Below, piece by piece: positions 1-10,238 of a stretch of DNA of 64,000 nucleotides. Every line of letters begins with the position of its first letter. Positions within the stretch are counted from its first letter, which is position 1. Below the pieces are notes generated by a model. It was not told where the DNA came from. It worked only from the letters and a program-made list of their open reading frames with translations, and searched no databases. The DNA is from an uncultured Gammaproteobacteria bacterium. Lineage in GTDB: Bacteria > Pseudomonadota > Gammaproteobacteria > UBA9214. The stretch spans positions 4,709 to 68,708 of the forward strand of contig CAWGNW010000009.1 of the NCBI GenBank assembly GCA_963824045.1. Reading direction: 5' to 3'. The translations under genes were made by a program, and so were the position numbers.

Positions 1-182
<182 letters not shown>

Positions 183-966
183 TCACGAGGACCCTATTGA
201 ATCACGCCGGCACGTGAAAGTGAAACCCCCGGATGAGAAATCGGGACTGAGCGATTGAAGCAGTTCCCTCAAGCGGGGCATGGCAGCGGCGACGCCAGCT
301 GGCCCGGGACAAAAGGCGGATGCAATATGCGGGCCGGGCGTGTTGAGCGAATCAGTCCTCGTAGTCGCTGAATGTCATTCCCGTCTCCCTGGCGACTTCC
401 GCCCAGTAGGGCTCCATTTCGCAGGAGCAGCAGTCGCACCAGACGGCGATGCCGTCGTGCATGCTCTTGCTCATGCCTTCAGGCCGCCGCCTGGCGGCAG
501 CCGGTTTCGCCACTGTGTCCGTGTCGGATGGTTGCCGTGAATACGCCATGGATCCGGCCCTCCTTGAAGGTCTGTGTGCCAGCGCAGTATTGCTTCTCTG
601 CATATAGCAGGTTTTCATGCACCCGTGGGCCAATATTGCACCCTTGCCTGAAGCATGAACAGGGTTGCCGGCCACGGAGGCGCACGGAGAACACAGGCAA
701 TGCGGGTCCGTGTCCGTATGCTTCTGTGTGCCCCGTGGCCGTTCTGAACCTCAATTTGAGACGGCACCCTTCAGGCAGTCGCCATTACGCATCGACTCGG
801 CTCCTGTTACTATCCGCTGCATGAAAAGCCTGTTGCGGCAAGCGGCAGACGCCTGCTTGAGGTGCTGCTTCTGCTGCAGTACGGGCCTGGCTGTCCGGAT
901 TAACAGGTGCCGGAAAAGGCGTTAGGATAGGCCGGGTTACTCGACAGGCCGCGGAGGCGTTCAGGC

Positions 967-1227
967 ATGAAGAAACTCAGGCACGAAAACGAACTGGTCA
1001 AGGAGGCGATCCGTGCCGGGATGAAATACGGCGAGGAGCGCGGGGTTGTCGAGTTCGAGCCGACCGATTCCGCGCACGAGAAGATCGAGTATATCTACCG
1101 GCTGCTGGTCCATGACAAGGTGATCGCGCCGCTGCCGGAGGAGCAGGTCTCGCAGCAGTCCATGCGCCACCGCCTGGCCATGTGGATTTCCAGGCAGCTG
1201 CCAAAGGATCATCCCTTGCTGAAATAG
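967..1227 (+). CDS. Hypothetical small protein (86 aa)
   Basis: ORF with a GGAGG Shine-Dalgarno (SD) sequence 9 nt upstream of the ATG. Amino-acid composition is balanced. No recognisable domain. Confidence 0.4.
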   Translation: MKKLRHENELVKEAIRAGMKYGEERGVVEFEPTDSAHEKIEYIYRLLVHDKVIAPLPEEQVSQQSMRHRLAMWISRQLPKDHPLLK

Positions 1228-1308
1228 CCTGGCCGGAACCTGACCGGGTGCGGCCCTGCGGCGTCCGGAGAACGAATAAATCACAATATCAAGCTGTGGA
1301 GGGGAACC

Positions 1309-1728
1309 GTGTTACACCATACGCTCACCGGAAGTTGCCTGTGCGGCGCCGTGCATTACGAGATCAACGGCGAGCCGACGCGCTTCTACCATTGCCATTG
1401 CCGCCGCTGCCGCAAGGCGACCGGCACCGGCCATGCCACCAACCTCATGGTCGTGCCCGAGAGTCTCACCTGGACCCGGGGCGAGGAATTATTGCAGCGT
1501 TACAAGCTGCCCGAGGCGGAACGCTTCAGTACCTGTTTTTGCACACTTTGCGGCAGTCCCCTGCCGCGGCAGGTGCCGGAACTGCATCTGGTGGTCATCC
1601 CTGCGGGTTCCCTGGACAGCATGCCGTGGATCGAGCCGGAGGCGCGGATCTTCTGGGGCTCGCGCGCCGAGTGGTCCTGCGCTGCCGGCGATCTGCCGGT
1701 GTTTGCGGAGTACCCGAACAGCGCGTAG
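1309..1728 (+). CDS. GFA family protein (glutathione-dependent formaldehyde-activating enzyme/CENP-V-like Zn-binding domain)
   Basis: Cys-rich motifs CLCGAV...[12 protein letters not shown]...CFCTLCGS are typical of the GFA domain. Confidence 0.75.
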   Translation: MLHHTLTGSCLCGAVHYEINGEPTRFYHCHCRRCRKATGTGHATNLMVVPESLTWTRGEELLQRYKLPEAERFSTCFCTLCGSPLPRQVPELHLVVIPAGSLDSMPWIEPEARIFWGSRAEWSCAAGDLPVFAEYPNSA

Positions 1729-1787
1729 CACCGCGCATGGTCCGGGACGCCAGCGAAAGTAGCCGAGCCGGTCCCGGGAGACAGGGT

Positions 1788-2237
1788 ATGGAAATCTGGG
1801 TCGACGCGGATGCCTGTCCAAGGGTGATCAAGGAGATCCTGTTTCGCGCCGCGACGCGAACCGGCGTGACGCTGACCCTGGTCGCCAACCAGCCCGTGCC
1901 GACGCCGCCGGCACGGCACATCCGCACCCTGCAGGTAGCGCCCGGCTTCGATGTTGCGGATAACGAGATCGTGCGCAGGGTGGCCGCGGGTGACCTGGTG
2001 ATTACCGCCGACATCCCGCTGGCCGCCGAGGTCATAGCAAAAGGGGCGCACGCGCTCAATCCTCGCGGCGAGCTGTATACGCGCGAAAATATCGGCGGCC
2101 GCCTCAATATGCGGGATTTCATGGACAACCTGCGCGGCAGCGGCATCAATACGGGCGGTCCGCCACCCCTGAACCAGGCAGACAGGCAGGCCTTTGCAAA
2201 CCACCTGGACCGGCTGCTGGCGAGCCGCTCGGGGTGA
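1788..2237 (+). CDS. yaiI: YaiI/DUF188 (UPF0178) family protein
   Basis: The N-terminus [16 protein letters not shown] is the hallmark of the UPF0178/YaiI family. It is the in-frame 3' part of a longer, spurious ORF. Confidence 0.8.
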   Translation: MEIWVDADACPRVIKEILFRAATRTGVTLTLVANQPVPTPPARHIRTLQVAPGFDVADNEIVRRVAAGDLVITADIPLAAEVIAKGAHALNPRGELYTRENIGGRLNMRDFMDNLRGSGINTGGPPPLNQADRQAFANHLDRLLASRSG

Positions 2238-2312
2238 TGCGGCGAGCGGTACTGCGGCTGGCCCGGGCGTCGCACCGCCATCCTGCAGCGTGCGTTACAA
2301 TACGGCCTGACC

Positions 2313-2840
2313 ATGGCAAGAATTCTCATACTTTATTCCACCACAGACGGCCACACGCGCGAGATCTGCGAGCGGCTGCGGCGCCAGCTCGAGAACGCCG
2401 GCCACCAGGTGGTGGTCGACCCGATCACGGATGCGCCGGATATTGACCTTGGCCTGTTCGACAAGATCGTCATCGGGGCGAGCATTCGCTACGGCAGGCA
2501 CAGCCCGGCGGTGCATGACTTCATCGAGCGTAACCAGACGCTGCTGGACAGCCGGCCGAATGCCTTTTTCTCCGTGAATGTCGTCGCCCGCAAGGCGGAG
2601 AAAAGCCGTCCCGAGACCAATCCCTACCTGCAGAAATTCCTGCGGCGAATCAGCTGGCGGCCGCGGGAACTGGCGGTATTCGCGGGCAAGATCGACTATC
2701 CGCGCTACGGATTCCTGGACCGGCAGATGATCCGCCTTATCATGTGGATGACGCACGGACCGACCGACCCGACGGCGGTGGTGGAGTTTACCGACTGGGA
2801 GCAGGTGGAGGCCTTTGGCCGGGTGCTTGGCGAGATGTAG
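2313..2840 (+). CDS. hemG: Menaquinone-dependent protoporphyrinogen IX dehydrogenase (flavodoxin-like)
   Basis: The N-terminus MARILILYSTTDGHTREICERL and a length of 175 aa fit HemG. Confidence 0.85.
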   Translation: MARILILYSTTDGHTREICERLRRQLENAGHQVVVDPITDAPDIDLGLFDKIVIGASIRYGRHSPAVHDFIERNQTLLDSRPNAFFSVNVVARKAEKSRPETNPYLQKFLRRISWRPRELAVFAGKIDYPRYGFLDRQMIRLIMWMTHGPTDPTAVVEFTDWEQVEAFGRVLGEM

Positions 2841-2890
2841 GCGGCAAGCCGCCAGCTGCGCAACTCAATCATGAAACGGAGGAATGCATC

Positions 2891-3187
2891 ATGCATGTCA
2901 CGCTGGTACAGGTTGCCGTAAAACCCGGGCACATCGATGACTTCATCGAGGCGACGCGCCGCAACCACGAGGCATCGGTGCAGGAGACCGGCAACCGGCG
3001 CTTTGACGTGCTGCAGTCGCCCGCCGACCCGGGGCAGTTCATGTTCTACGAGGCCTATGCCAGTGCAGCGGATGCGCAGGCCCACAAGCAGACGGCCCAC
3101 TATCTTGCCTGGCGGGATGCGGTAGCCGACTGGATGGCGGAGCCGCGCCGGGGCGTGTCCTACAACGGGCTGTTTCCGCAGGAATAG
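2891..3187 (+). CDS. Antibiotic-biosynthesis-monooxygenase (ABM) domain protein / putative quinol monooxygenase
   Basis: MHVTLVQVAVKPGHIDDFIEA...FMFYEAYASAADAQAHKQTAHY is an ABM fold signature. GGAGG lies 8 nt upstream of the ATG. Confidence 0.7.
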   Translation: MHVTLVQVAVKPGHIDDFIEATRRNHEASVQETGNRRFDVLQSPADPGQFMFYEAYASAADAQAHKQTAHYLAWRDAVADWMAEPRRGVSYNGLFPQE

Positions 3188-3190
3188 CCC

Positions 3191-4384
3191 GTGAACCTGG
3201 ACGCCTTTTCCATCGCGCGCCTGCCACGCATCGAGTTCGGCGCAGGCGTGTTCTCCCGGGTGCCCGATATCATCGCGCGTTACGGCAACGGCGTGCTGCT
3301 GGTGACCGGGTCGCGGTCCTTCCCGTCAACGCCGCAGTGGGATGAACTCGTCACCACCCTGGAACAGCGCGACCTTGCCTGGTATCACGTCTGCGTGGAC
3401 GGCGAACCATCACCGCAGCTGGTCGACAGCGTTGTAGCGCAGTATGCCGGGACCGGCGTCGACGTGGTGCTGGGTGTGGGCGGCGGCAGTGCGCTGGACG
3501 CCGCCAAGGCCATTGCCGGCCTGTTGCGCGTGCAGCGCAGCGTCATGGATTACCTCGAGGGGGTCGGCCCGGAACTGCCGTACGCGGGACCGGCCGTTCC
3601 GCTGGTTGCGGTGCCCACGACCGCCGGCACCGGCAGCGAGGCCACCAGGAATGCCGTACTGAGCGTGCAGGGCAGGGAAGGCTTCAAGAAGTCGTTTCGT
3701 GACGAGCGGCTGGTGGCGGAATACGCAGTGGTCGACCCGGAACTGCTGGCGACCTGTCCGCGGCGCGTCATCGCCGCCAATGGCATGGATGCACTGACGC
3801 AGTTGCTGGAGTCCTTCGTGTCGCTGCGGGCCAATGCCTTCACCGATGCGCTGGCTGCCAGCGGCCTGCGGGCCGTACGCGACGGACTGCTGCCCTGGTT
3901 CGAGGGCGGGTCACCGGACCCTGCGGCGGCGCAGGCGCGCATGGCCTATGCCGCATTGCTTTCCGGGATCACGCTGGCGCAGTGCGGTCTGGGCTCGGTG
4001 CACGGCCTGGCATCGCCGCTGGGCGCACTCTACCCGATTCCGCACGGCGTGGTCTGCGGCACCCTGGTCGCGACCTGCACTGCGGTGAATATCGATGCCC
4101 TGCGGGAACGCGCAGCAGACAGCACTGCGCTCGACAAGTATGCCGGGGCGGCCGCCATTCTCTGTGGTCAGTCCTTCAGCAGCCGCGAGGCCGCGTGGCG
4201 GGCACTCGTCAACCTGCTGGCTGAATGGACGGCGCGCCTGGACCTGCCGCGGCTGGGTGATTACGGACTCGATACCGGCGGCCTCGACCGGGTCGTCGCC
4301 GAATCCCGGGGCAGCAGCATGCGGACCAATCCCGTGGAGTTGACCGACGCCGAGATCAAGGCCTGCCTGCAGGAGCGCCTGTAA
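3191..4384 (+). CDS. Iron-containing alcohol dehydrogenase family protein (GTG start)
   Basis: Carries the Fe-ADH motif VVLGVGGGSALDAAKAIAG and the NAD-binding region GTGSEATRNAVL. Length is 397 aa. Confidence 0.85.
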   Translation: MNLDAFSIARLPRIEFGAGVFSRVPDIIARYGNGVLLVTGSRSFPSTPQWDELVTTLEQRDLAWYHVCVDGEPSPQLVDSVVAQYAGTGVDVVLGVGGGSALDAAKAIAGLLRVQRSVMDYLEGVGPELPYAGPAVPLVAVPTTAGTGSEATRNAVLSVQGREGFKKSFRDERLVAEYAVVDPELLATCPRRVIAANGMDALTQLLESFVSLRANAFTDALAASGLRAVRDGLLPWFEGGSPDPAAAQARMAYAALLSGITLAQCGLGSVHGLASPLGALYPIPHGVVCGTLVATCTAVNIDALRERAADSTALDKYAGAAAILCGQSFSSREAAWRALVNLLAEWTARLDLPRLGDYGLDTGGLDRVVAESRGSSMRTNPVELTDAEIKACLQERL

Positions 4385-4423
4385 CTTGACTGTCTTCCAG
4401 GGCGCAGCGTTCCCGGCAGGGCT

Positions 4424-5005
4424 GTGGTGAGATTAATCTTTATGATTTACAGTAAGAAGCGATCGACATATCAAATCCGGATTATATTGCGCGGGCTGCG
4501 CCCGCCGATTTGGCGGGTACTCCAGGTGGCAAGCGACACCCGTCTGGCGGACTTCAATACCGTGCTGCAGGTGGCGATGGGGTGGAGCAATATTCACCTG
4601 CATCAATTCGAATGGCAGGGTATGCGCTACGGTATCCCGGACCCGGACGCTCCCGATGACACGTGCAGGGAGTCCGATTTCTGTCTCGACGAACTGCTGC
4701 TGGAGGCGGGCGACAGTCTGGTATATCGCTACGATTTCGGCGGCGACTGGGTGCACAGGGTTCAGCTGGAGAAGGTCCTGGACTTTGATGAGCGGCTGCC
4801 CCTGCCGCTGTGCCTGCGCGGCAGGCGCGCCTGTCCACTGGAGGACGTGGGCGGGCCTCCCGGCTACAAGGCCTTTCTCGGGACCTTTTCAGACCCGGCG
4901 CACCCGGACCATGCAGAACTGCTGGCATGGATCGAAGGGCAATTCGACCCGGAACACTTCGACGTCGGGAAAACCAACGATGCCCTGGGCCAGTATTGTC
5001 GCTGA
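4424..5005 (+). CDS. Plasmid pRiA4b ORF-3-like family protein (hypothetical)
   Basis: YQIRIILRGLRPPIWRVLQV...FNTVLQVAMGWSNIHLHQFE resembles the PRiA4_ORF3 domain. Confidence 0.55.
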   Translation: MVRLIFMIYSKKRSTYQIRIILRGLRPPIWRVLQVASDTRLADFNTVLQVAMGWSNIHLHQFEWQGMRYGIPDPDAPDDTCRESDFCLDELLLEAGDSLVYRYDFGGDWVHRVQLEKVLDFDERLPLPLCLRGRRACPLEDVGGPPGYKAFLGTFSDPAHPDHAELLAWIEGQFDPEHFDVGKTNDALGQYCR

Positions 5006-5061
5006 TGCGCTGCACCTGTCACAATCCGCTGACACGCCCACGCCGCGCGGCACAAACTAAC

Positions 5062-6741
5062 ATGAGGTTGTCCAGCACCATGCATTTCCCGGTAATCAGC
5101 TTCCTGCAGGCCCTGTGCCTGCTGCTCCTGCTGGCCGCCGCGCCGCTGCATGCCGCGGATACGGCTGCGGGTGCGAAGTCGGACACCATCAACACCCTGA
5201 ACTCACTCATGCGGCTGCAGGCGGAGCTGAAGGCCGATATCGCGGAACTGAACCGGGAACTCGATGCCGCCCAGGGTACGGCCGCGAAGCGCGACATCCA
5301 GGCGCGAATCGACAAGCTGGATGCCGACCTGCAGACCACGACCTACAACCTGCGGGAGATCGCGGCAGGCGCGGACCTGGCCAGCCTGCGGGCCGAGGAG
5401 GAGGCGCCCTTCAATTTCCAGGAGGAGATGTTTTCCCTGCTGAAGCCGGCGCTGAAAGAAATGAAGGACATGACCAGTCATGTCCGGCAGAAGTCCGAGC
5501 TGAAGGAAAGGATTGCCCACTACAGCGAGAAATTGCCGCTGGCCGAACAGGCGATTGCCAACATCAACCGCTTGCTGCAGGAAGCCGACGATGCAGCACT
5601 CGGCAAATACCTGCAGGGCATGCTGGCGGAATGGACCAAGCAGCAGACGTTCATGCAAAGCGAGCTGAAATCGGCGCAGCTGCAGCTCGATAAACTGGAA
5701 GCTTCCGAGGCCACCCTCGCCGAGGCCTCGCAGAGTTATCTGAAAACCTTTTTCCAGAAACGCGGGCTGTACCTGGCACAGGCGTTGCTGGTGGTCATCA
5801 GCATCCTGCTGCTGTCGCGCCTGTCCTACCGGCTGATGGTGCGCACAATCCCGGGCTATCGTGCGGAGCACCGCAGTTTCCGCCTGCGACTTACCGATCT
5901 GTTGCATCGCATCTTTACCATCATGCTGGCGATCATCGGACCGATGGTGGTGTTCTACCTGGTCGAGGACTGGGTACTGTTCAGTCTCGGCATCCTGTTG
6001 CTGCTGGGCATTGGCCTGACGCTGCGCCAGGCCCTGCCGCGCTACTGGCAGCAGGTCCAGCTGTTTCTCAACGTCGGTTCCGTGCGGGAAGGGGAGCGCA
6101 TCGACCTCGACGGCCTGCCGTGGCGGGTAAAGTACATCAATATCTTCAGCCAGCTGGAAAACCCGGTCGCCGGCCTCAGCCAGCGGGTGCGCATCGATGA
6201 CCTGGTGGACCTGAAATCGCGTCCGATGCAGAAGGGTGAACCCTGGTTCCCGTGCGTGCAGGGTGACTGGGTGCTGCTGAGCGACGGCATGCGCGGCAAG
6301 GTTATCGGGATCTCCCAGGAACTTGTGCAACTGGTGGCGCGTGGCGGGGCGCATCGTATCTACCGGACCGGGGACTTCCTTTCCCTGTCGCCGCTCAACC
6401 TGTCACGAAATTTCCGTCTCAAGGAAACCATCGGCATCAGCTACGACCTGCAGCGGGAAAGCGTCAGCAGCATCCCCGACCTGCTGCGGGGCCACGTGGA
6501 GAAACGCGCCGCAGAAGAAGGCTATGGCGAACAACTGCTCAACCTGCGGGTCGAGTTCGAACGTGCCAATACCTCCTCGCTTGACCTGGTGGTGATCGCC
6601 GACTTCGACGGGGAACTGGCCGACCTCTATAACCGTCTGCGTCGCTGCATGCAGCGCTGGTGCGTCGAGGCCTGCAGTGAATACAACTGGGAGATTCCGT
6701 TCACCCAGCTTACCCTGCACCAGCCCCGGGCTGCCGGCTGA
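5062..6741 (+). CDS. Mechanosensitive ion channel family protein (MscS-like) with N-terminal signal peptide and periplasmic coiled-coil
   Basis: Signal peptide FLQALCLLLLLAAAPLHA, a coiled-coil region, transmembrane helices, and an MscS beta-domain-like segment GDWVLLSDGMRGKVIGISQELVQLVARGGAHRIYRTGDFLSLSPLNLS. The 5' part of the ORF-track entry is non-coding-like. Confidence 0.65.
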   Translation: MRLSSTMHFPVISFLQALCLLLLLAAAPLHAADTAAGAKSDTINTLNSLMRLQAELKADIAELNRELDAAQGTAAKRDIQARIDKLDADLQTTTYNLREIAAGADLASLRAEEEAPFNFQEEMFSLLKPALKEMKDMTSHVRQKSELKERIAHYSEKLPLAEQAIANINRLLQEADDAALGKYLQGMLAEWTKQQTFMQSELKSAQLQLDKLEASEATLAEASQSYLKTFFQKRGLYLAQALLVVISILLLSRLSYRLMVRTIPGYRAEHRSFRLRLTDLLHRIFTIMLAIIGPMVVFYLVEDWVLFSLGILLLLGIGLTLRQALPRYWQQVQLFLNVGSVREGERIDLDGLPWRVKYINIFSQLENPVAGLSQRVRIDDLVDLKSRPMQKGEPWFPCVQGDWVLLSDGMRGKVIGISQELVQLVARGGAHRIYRTGDFLSLSPLNLSRNFRLKETIGISYDLQRESVSSIPDLLRGHVEKRAAEEGYGEQLLNLRVEFERANTSSLDLVVIADFDGELADLYNRLRRCMQRWCVEACSEYNWEIPFTQLTLHQPRAAG

Positions 6742-6823
6742 GACCGCTTGCAGCCATGTGCGGCTTCAAACGCTGCCTGCAGGTGTACGCCGACAGCAGG
6801 CTACAGTCACAGCGGATCCCGGT

Positions 6824-7126
6824 ATGACCTGTACAGTGACCATCAGCACGACCGGCGAACGCTTCCGGGTGGAGGAGGGAGAGACGATCCTGCAGGCCGC
6901 GCAGCGCCAGGGCGTATCGCTGCCCTACGGCTGTGACAGCGGTATATGCGGCGTCTGTATCAGCAGGGTGATCGAGGGGCGCATCGCATATCCGGGCGGT
7001 AATCCCATGGCGCTGTTCGAGGAAGACATCCAGGCCGGCAAGGGGCTGTGCTGTGTCGGCTACCCCTGTGGTGATCTGGTCATCGAACCACTCACGGAGG
7101 AGGGCGACTGGGAGCCCTGGGACTGA
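6824..7126 (+). CDS. 2Fe-2S ferredoxin-like protein
   Basis: MTCTVTISTTGERFRVEEGETILQAAQRQGVSLPYGCDSGICGVCISRVIEG has plant-type ferredoxin Cys spacing. It is the in-frame 3' part of a longer ORF. Confidence 0.6.
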   Translation: MTCTVTISTTGERFRVEEGETILQAAQRQGVSLPYGCDSGICGVCISRVIEGRIAYPGGNPMALFEEDIQAGKGLCCVGYPCGDLVIEPLTEEGDWEPWD

Positions 7127-7189
7127 TATTTCCTGATCTGCCGGGGTTTGTGAGGGGAATATATTGTCCAGTGGGAAACCTTCCTCCGG

Positions 7190-7520
7190 CGCGATTGTTC
7201 GAGAACCGCATCGCGGTCAGCACCCAAAGAACGGGCATAAAGAGACCGCTCCTGCCCTGCTATTGTCACCTGTAGGAGTACCCCAATGGGCACAAGCACC
7301 CCAATGGGCGTAAACGCCGCCCTCCGGCGCGAATGTTCGAGAATCGCATCGCGGTCAGCACCCAAAGAACGGGCATAAAGAGACCGCTCCTACCCTACTA
7401 TTGCCACCTGTAGGAGCACCCTGAAGGGCATAAATACCCCAATGGGCACAAGCACCCCAATGGGCACAAGCACCCCAATGGGCACAAACACCGCCCTTCG
7501 GCGCGATCATTTCCGCAACC
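7190..7520. repeat. Composite intergenic repeat: two ~96-bp units, each followed by tandem copies of an 18-bp motif CACCCCAATGGGCACAAG, then a partial third unit
   Basis: The unit CCTCCGGCGCGA..TCGCGGTCAGCACCCAAAGAACGGGCATAAAGAGACCGCTCCT..CTGTAGGAG occurs twice directly. The 18-mers are direct tandem copies. An inverted copy of the same family lies at 56641-56786. Confidence 0.85.
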
Positions 7521-7616
7521 CGCTGCATGCAGAAGACCGCTGCTGAATTTGTGCTCTGACGCGGTCAGCCGTTTCGGTTAAACTGCATCCCTGTTTTCAT
7601 CCGTAGAGTCGGCCGT

Positions 7617-8471
7617 ATGAAATTCACCGTAGCGGAATTCCACGCCTGGAAGCACAAGAGCGTGACCCTGCTGGGCATGTCGGGCGTTGGCAAGACCCAC
7701 CTGTCGATGCTGCTGCGCCGGCACCACTGGTTTCATTACTCCGGTGACTATCGCATCGGGACGCGTTACCTGGATGAGCCCATCATGGACCTGATCAAGC
7801 AGCAGGCCATGCAGGCGCCGTTCCTGCGCGACCTGCTGCGTCGCGACTGGATCTACATCCGCAACAACATCAAGGTCGACGACCTGGGACCGGTGCTGAG
7901 CTTTGTCGGCAAGCTGGGCAACCCGGAACTCGGCGGGGTGCCGCTGGAGGAATTCAGCCGGCGCCAGGCGCTGTACCGCGAGTCGGAAATTGCGGCCATG
8001 CACGACGTGCCGAAATTTATCCGCAAGGCGCAGGAGATCTACGGCTACACGAATTTCGTCAATGACGTCGGCGGCAGCCTGTGCGAACTGGGTGATCCCG
8101 GGGTGATCGACCTGCTGGTGCGGCATACCCTGATACTCTACATCCGGGTTACCGAGAAATCCGAGGAGGATGCGCTCATCAGCCGGGCCCAGACGAATCC
8201 CAAGCCGCTGTATTACCGGCCGGAGTTTCTGGCCGAGCAGCTGCGGCACTACCTGGAACTGCGCGGGCTGGAGTACGCGGCACAGGTGGAGCCGGATGAT
8301 TTCTGCAGCTGGGTTTTCCCGCGCCTGTTTCACTCGCGCCTGCCGCGCTACCAGGCGATCGCCGAACCGCACGGCTACACGGTGACCTCGCACGAGGTGG
8401 CGGCGGTACGCGACGAGCAGGACTTTCTCGAGCTCCTGGAAAGTGCCATTACCCGCACTGCAGCAGCATGA
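7617..8471 (+). CDS. P-loop NTPase/kinase-like protein of unknown function
   Basis: Walker A motif LLGMSGVGKTHLSML. 284 aa. No further family assignment is possible from the sequence alone. Confidence 0.6.
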   Translation: MKFTVAEFHAWKHKSVTLLGMSGVGKTHLSMLLRRHHWFHYSGDYRIGTRYLDEPIMDLIKQQAMQAPFLRDLLRRDWIYIRNNIKVDDLGPVLSFVGKLGNPELGGVPLEEFSRRQALYRESEIAAMHDVPKFIRKAQEIYGYTNFVNDVGGSLCELGDPGVIDLLVRHTLILYIRVTEKSEEDALISRAQTNPKPLYYRPEFLAEQLRHYLELRGLEYAAQVEPDDFCSWVFPRLFHSRLPRYQAIAEPHGYTVTSHEVAAVRDEQDFLELLESAITRTAAA

Positions 8472-8589
8472 AATCCTGCCTGCGTGAAAAATTTTCCGTG
8501 AAGTACGGCCGCAACCGGCTGCAGGATTCTGTGCTGCCTGCCGGGTGCAGCTGCATCGCCTTGCGCTAGCGAAAGACGACGAGGACGCT

Positions 8590-9672
8590 ATGCCTATCGT
8601 GGCCCACAATGATTTGCCGACCTTTGCCCGCCTGCGCCAGGAGGGACAGACCATCCTGACGCCGGAACGCGCCGTGCGCCAGACTATCCGGGAACTGCAT
8701 GTCGGTGTTCTCAACATGATGCCGGACGCCGCCCTGGCGGCGACCGAGCGGCAGTTTTTCCGGCTGGTGGGTGAGAGCAATCCGATTGCGCAGTTCTACT
8801 TGCACCCCTTCACCCTGCCGGAGCTGCCGCGGGGCAGGCAGGCACAGGCGCACATCGCGCAGTATTACGATACCTTCGATCAGCTCTGTGCCGAGGGGCT
8901 GGATGCACTCATCATTACCGGCGCGAATGTCAGTCATCCGGACCTTTCACAGGAGCCGTTCTGGCAGCCGCTTAACGCGGTGGTGGAATGGGCCGTGGAG
9001 AACGTTACCTCTGTGCTGTGCTCCTGCCTGGCCACGCACGCGGTGATGCAGTTTCACCACGGCATGCGCCGCAGGCCGTTGCCGGCGAAGCGCTGGGGCG
9101 TGTTCCCGCATCGTGTGCTGCAGCCTCAGCATTCCCTGGTGAATGACGTCAATACCCAGTTCGACGTGCCGCATTCTCGCTTCAATGACATCAGCCGCGA
9201 GCAGTTCGAGGCGGCCGGTCTGCATGTCCTGGTCGAGAGCGAAATCGCCGGTGTACACCTTGCCGTCAGCGAGGACGGTTTTCGCGTGGTCTATTTCCAG
9301 GGTCATCCGGAATACGACACCGTATCCCTGCTGAAGGAATACAAGCGCGAGGCGCTGCGCTATGCCGCCGGCGAACGCGACGATTATCCGCCTTTCCCGG
9401 ATCACTATTTCAAACCGCGCGAGCAGGCGATCTTGGACGAATACCGGAAACGCGTTGACCAGGCACGCAAGCGGGGCGAGGCCCCGCCGGTTTTCCCCGA
9501 GGGCCTCGTGGCCGGCCGCGTTGATAACACCTGGCACGATACCGCGGAGGGCATCCTCGGCAACTGGATCGGACTGGTCTACCAGCTGACCCACCATGAG
9601 CGCGCGCTGCCGTTCATGGACGGCGTCGATCCGGCCAATCCGCTGGGGTTTATCACGAGTCCGGCAAGCTGA
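8590..9672 (+). CDS. metA: Homoserine O-acyltransferase (MetA family, homoserine O-succinyl/acetyltransferase)
   Basis: MPIVAHNDLP...ELHVGVLNMMPD...FFRLVGESNPIAQFYLHPF...IITGANVS...HSRFND...YFQGHPEYD is collinear with E. coli MetA. Confidence 0.85.
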   Translation: MPIVAHNDLPTFARLRQEGQTILTPERAVRQTIRELHVGVLNMMPDAALAATERQFFRLVGESNPIAQFYLHPFTLPELPRGRQAQAHIAQYYDTFDQLCAEGLDALIITGANVSHPDLSQEPFWQPLNAVVEWAVENVTSVLCSCLATHAVMQFHHGMRRRPLPAKRWGVFPHRVLQPQHSLVNDVNTQFDVPHSRFNDISREQFEAAGLHVLVESEIAGVHLAVSEDGFRVVYFQGHPEYDTVSLLKEYKREALRYAAGERDDYPPFPDHYFKPREQAILDEYRKRVDQARKRGEAPPVFPEGLVAGRVDNTWHDTAEGILGNWIGLVYQLTHHERALPFMDGVDPANPLGFITSPAS

Positions 9673-9774
9673 AGGATGCCCCGGCCTGGCAAGCCCTCCC
9701 GGCACCTTTGCCGGCGTACTGCGCCGTGGTTGGGCAGCGCTTGCGCAAGGCAGGCAATGAGTCAGTGGCAAACG

Positions 9775-10060
9775 TTAAATCAGAGAAAATATAGGGTTTT
9801 TACTGATTGACATTTGTCTGCATTTAGAGGCCGTCTATTTTTGAGTTATTCACCGCACAAATACAGACATAAAAAATACTAATAAAATAGAGCAAAGAGC
9901 TAATTATTTTTCCAGAAATTCGTAATAATTAATTGATATTTATATAAATATGTGTATTGGTTAAAAAATGCCCGATTTAACGAAAACCCTTTGTTTGTCA
10001 GGCCTGCAGTCGGTTATCCCTGTACTTGTCCACAGACTTATCCACAGGATTTGTGGATGA
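9775..10060. promoter_or_regulatory. AT-rich tract of about 230 bp followed by a cluster of DnaA-box-like 9-mers
   Basis: Positions 9775-9990 are strongly AT-rich in a >60% GC context. The boxes are TTATCCCTG (10010-18), TTGTCCACA (10026-34), TTATCCACA (10038-46, a perfect R-box) and TGTGGATGA (10052-60, reverse strand). The tract lies between the convergent 3' ends of metA and the SCO1-MauG gene. Confidence 0.5.
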
Positions 10061-10238
10061 GCGCGTGCCCCTTCCCGGGTGTTTGCACCGGAGAAGGGCG
10101 TGCAATTTACCCCAGGCAATTCAACCTGGCCCGTGCAGGGGACCGCAAGCACATCTCCGGCAAGGCGGACAGCAGCCTGTTGCCTGCCATCAGGACGCAA
10201 CATTCCGGGGGAAGTCCCACATCCGATTGGCGTTCGCT

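Noticed and set aside
352-474. 40-aa Cys-rich ORF (MSKSMHDGIAVWCDCCSCEMEPYWAEVARETGMTFSDYED) on the minus strand
   Set aside because: No properly spaced SD (GAAGG abuts the ATG) and no recognisable family. It could still be a real small metal-binding protein, but the evidence is insufficient.
5203-6354. 383-aa minus-strand ORF antisense to the MscS-like gene, and similar long antisense ORFs at 7578-8780, 8947-9771, 19516-20832, 42838-44010, 60112-62268 and 12213-13163
   Set aside because: All are antisense to genes with clear homology and have biased R/G/A/Q-rich composition. They are GC-rich shadow ORFs.
7279-7490. Possible CRISPR array (regularly spaced 18-bp repeats)
   Set aside because: The repeats are directly adjacent with no unique spacers. 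The same array recurs inverted at 56.7 kb as part of a larger repeat unit. No cas genes are present.
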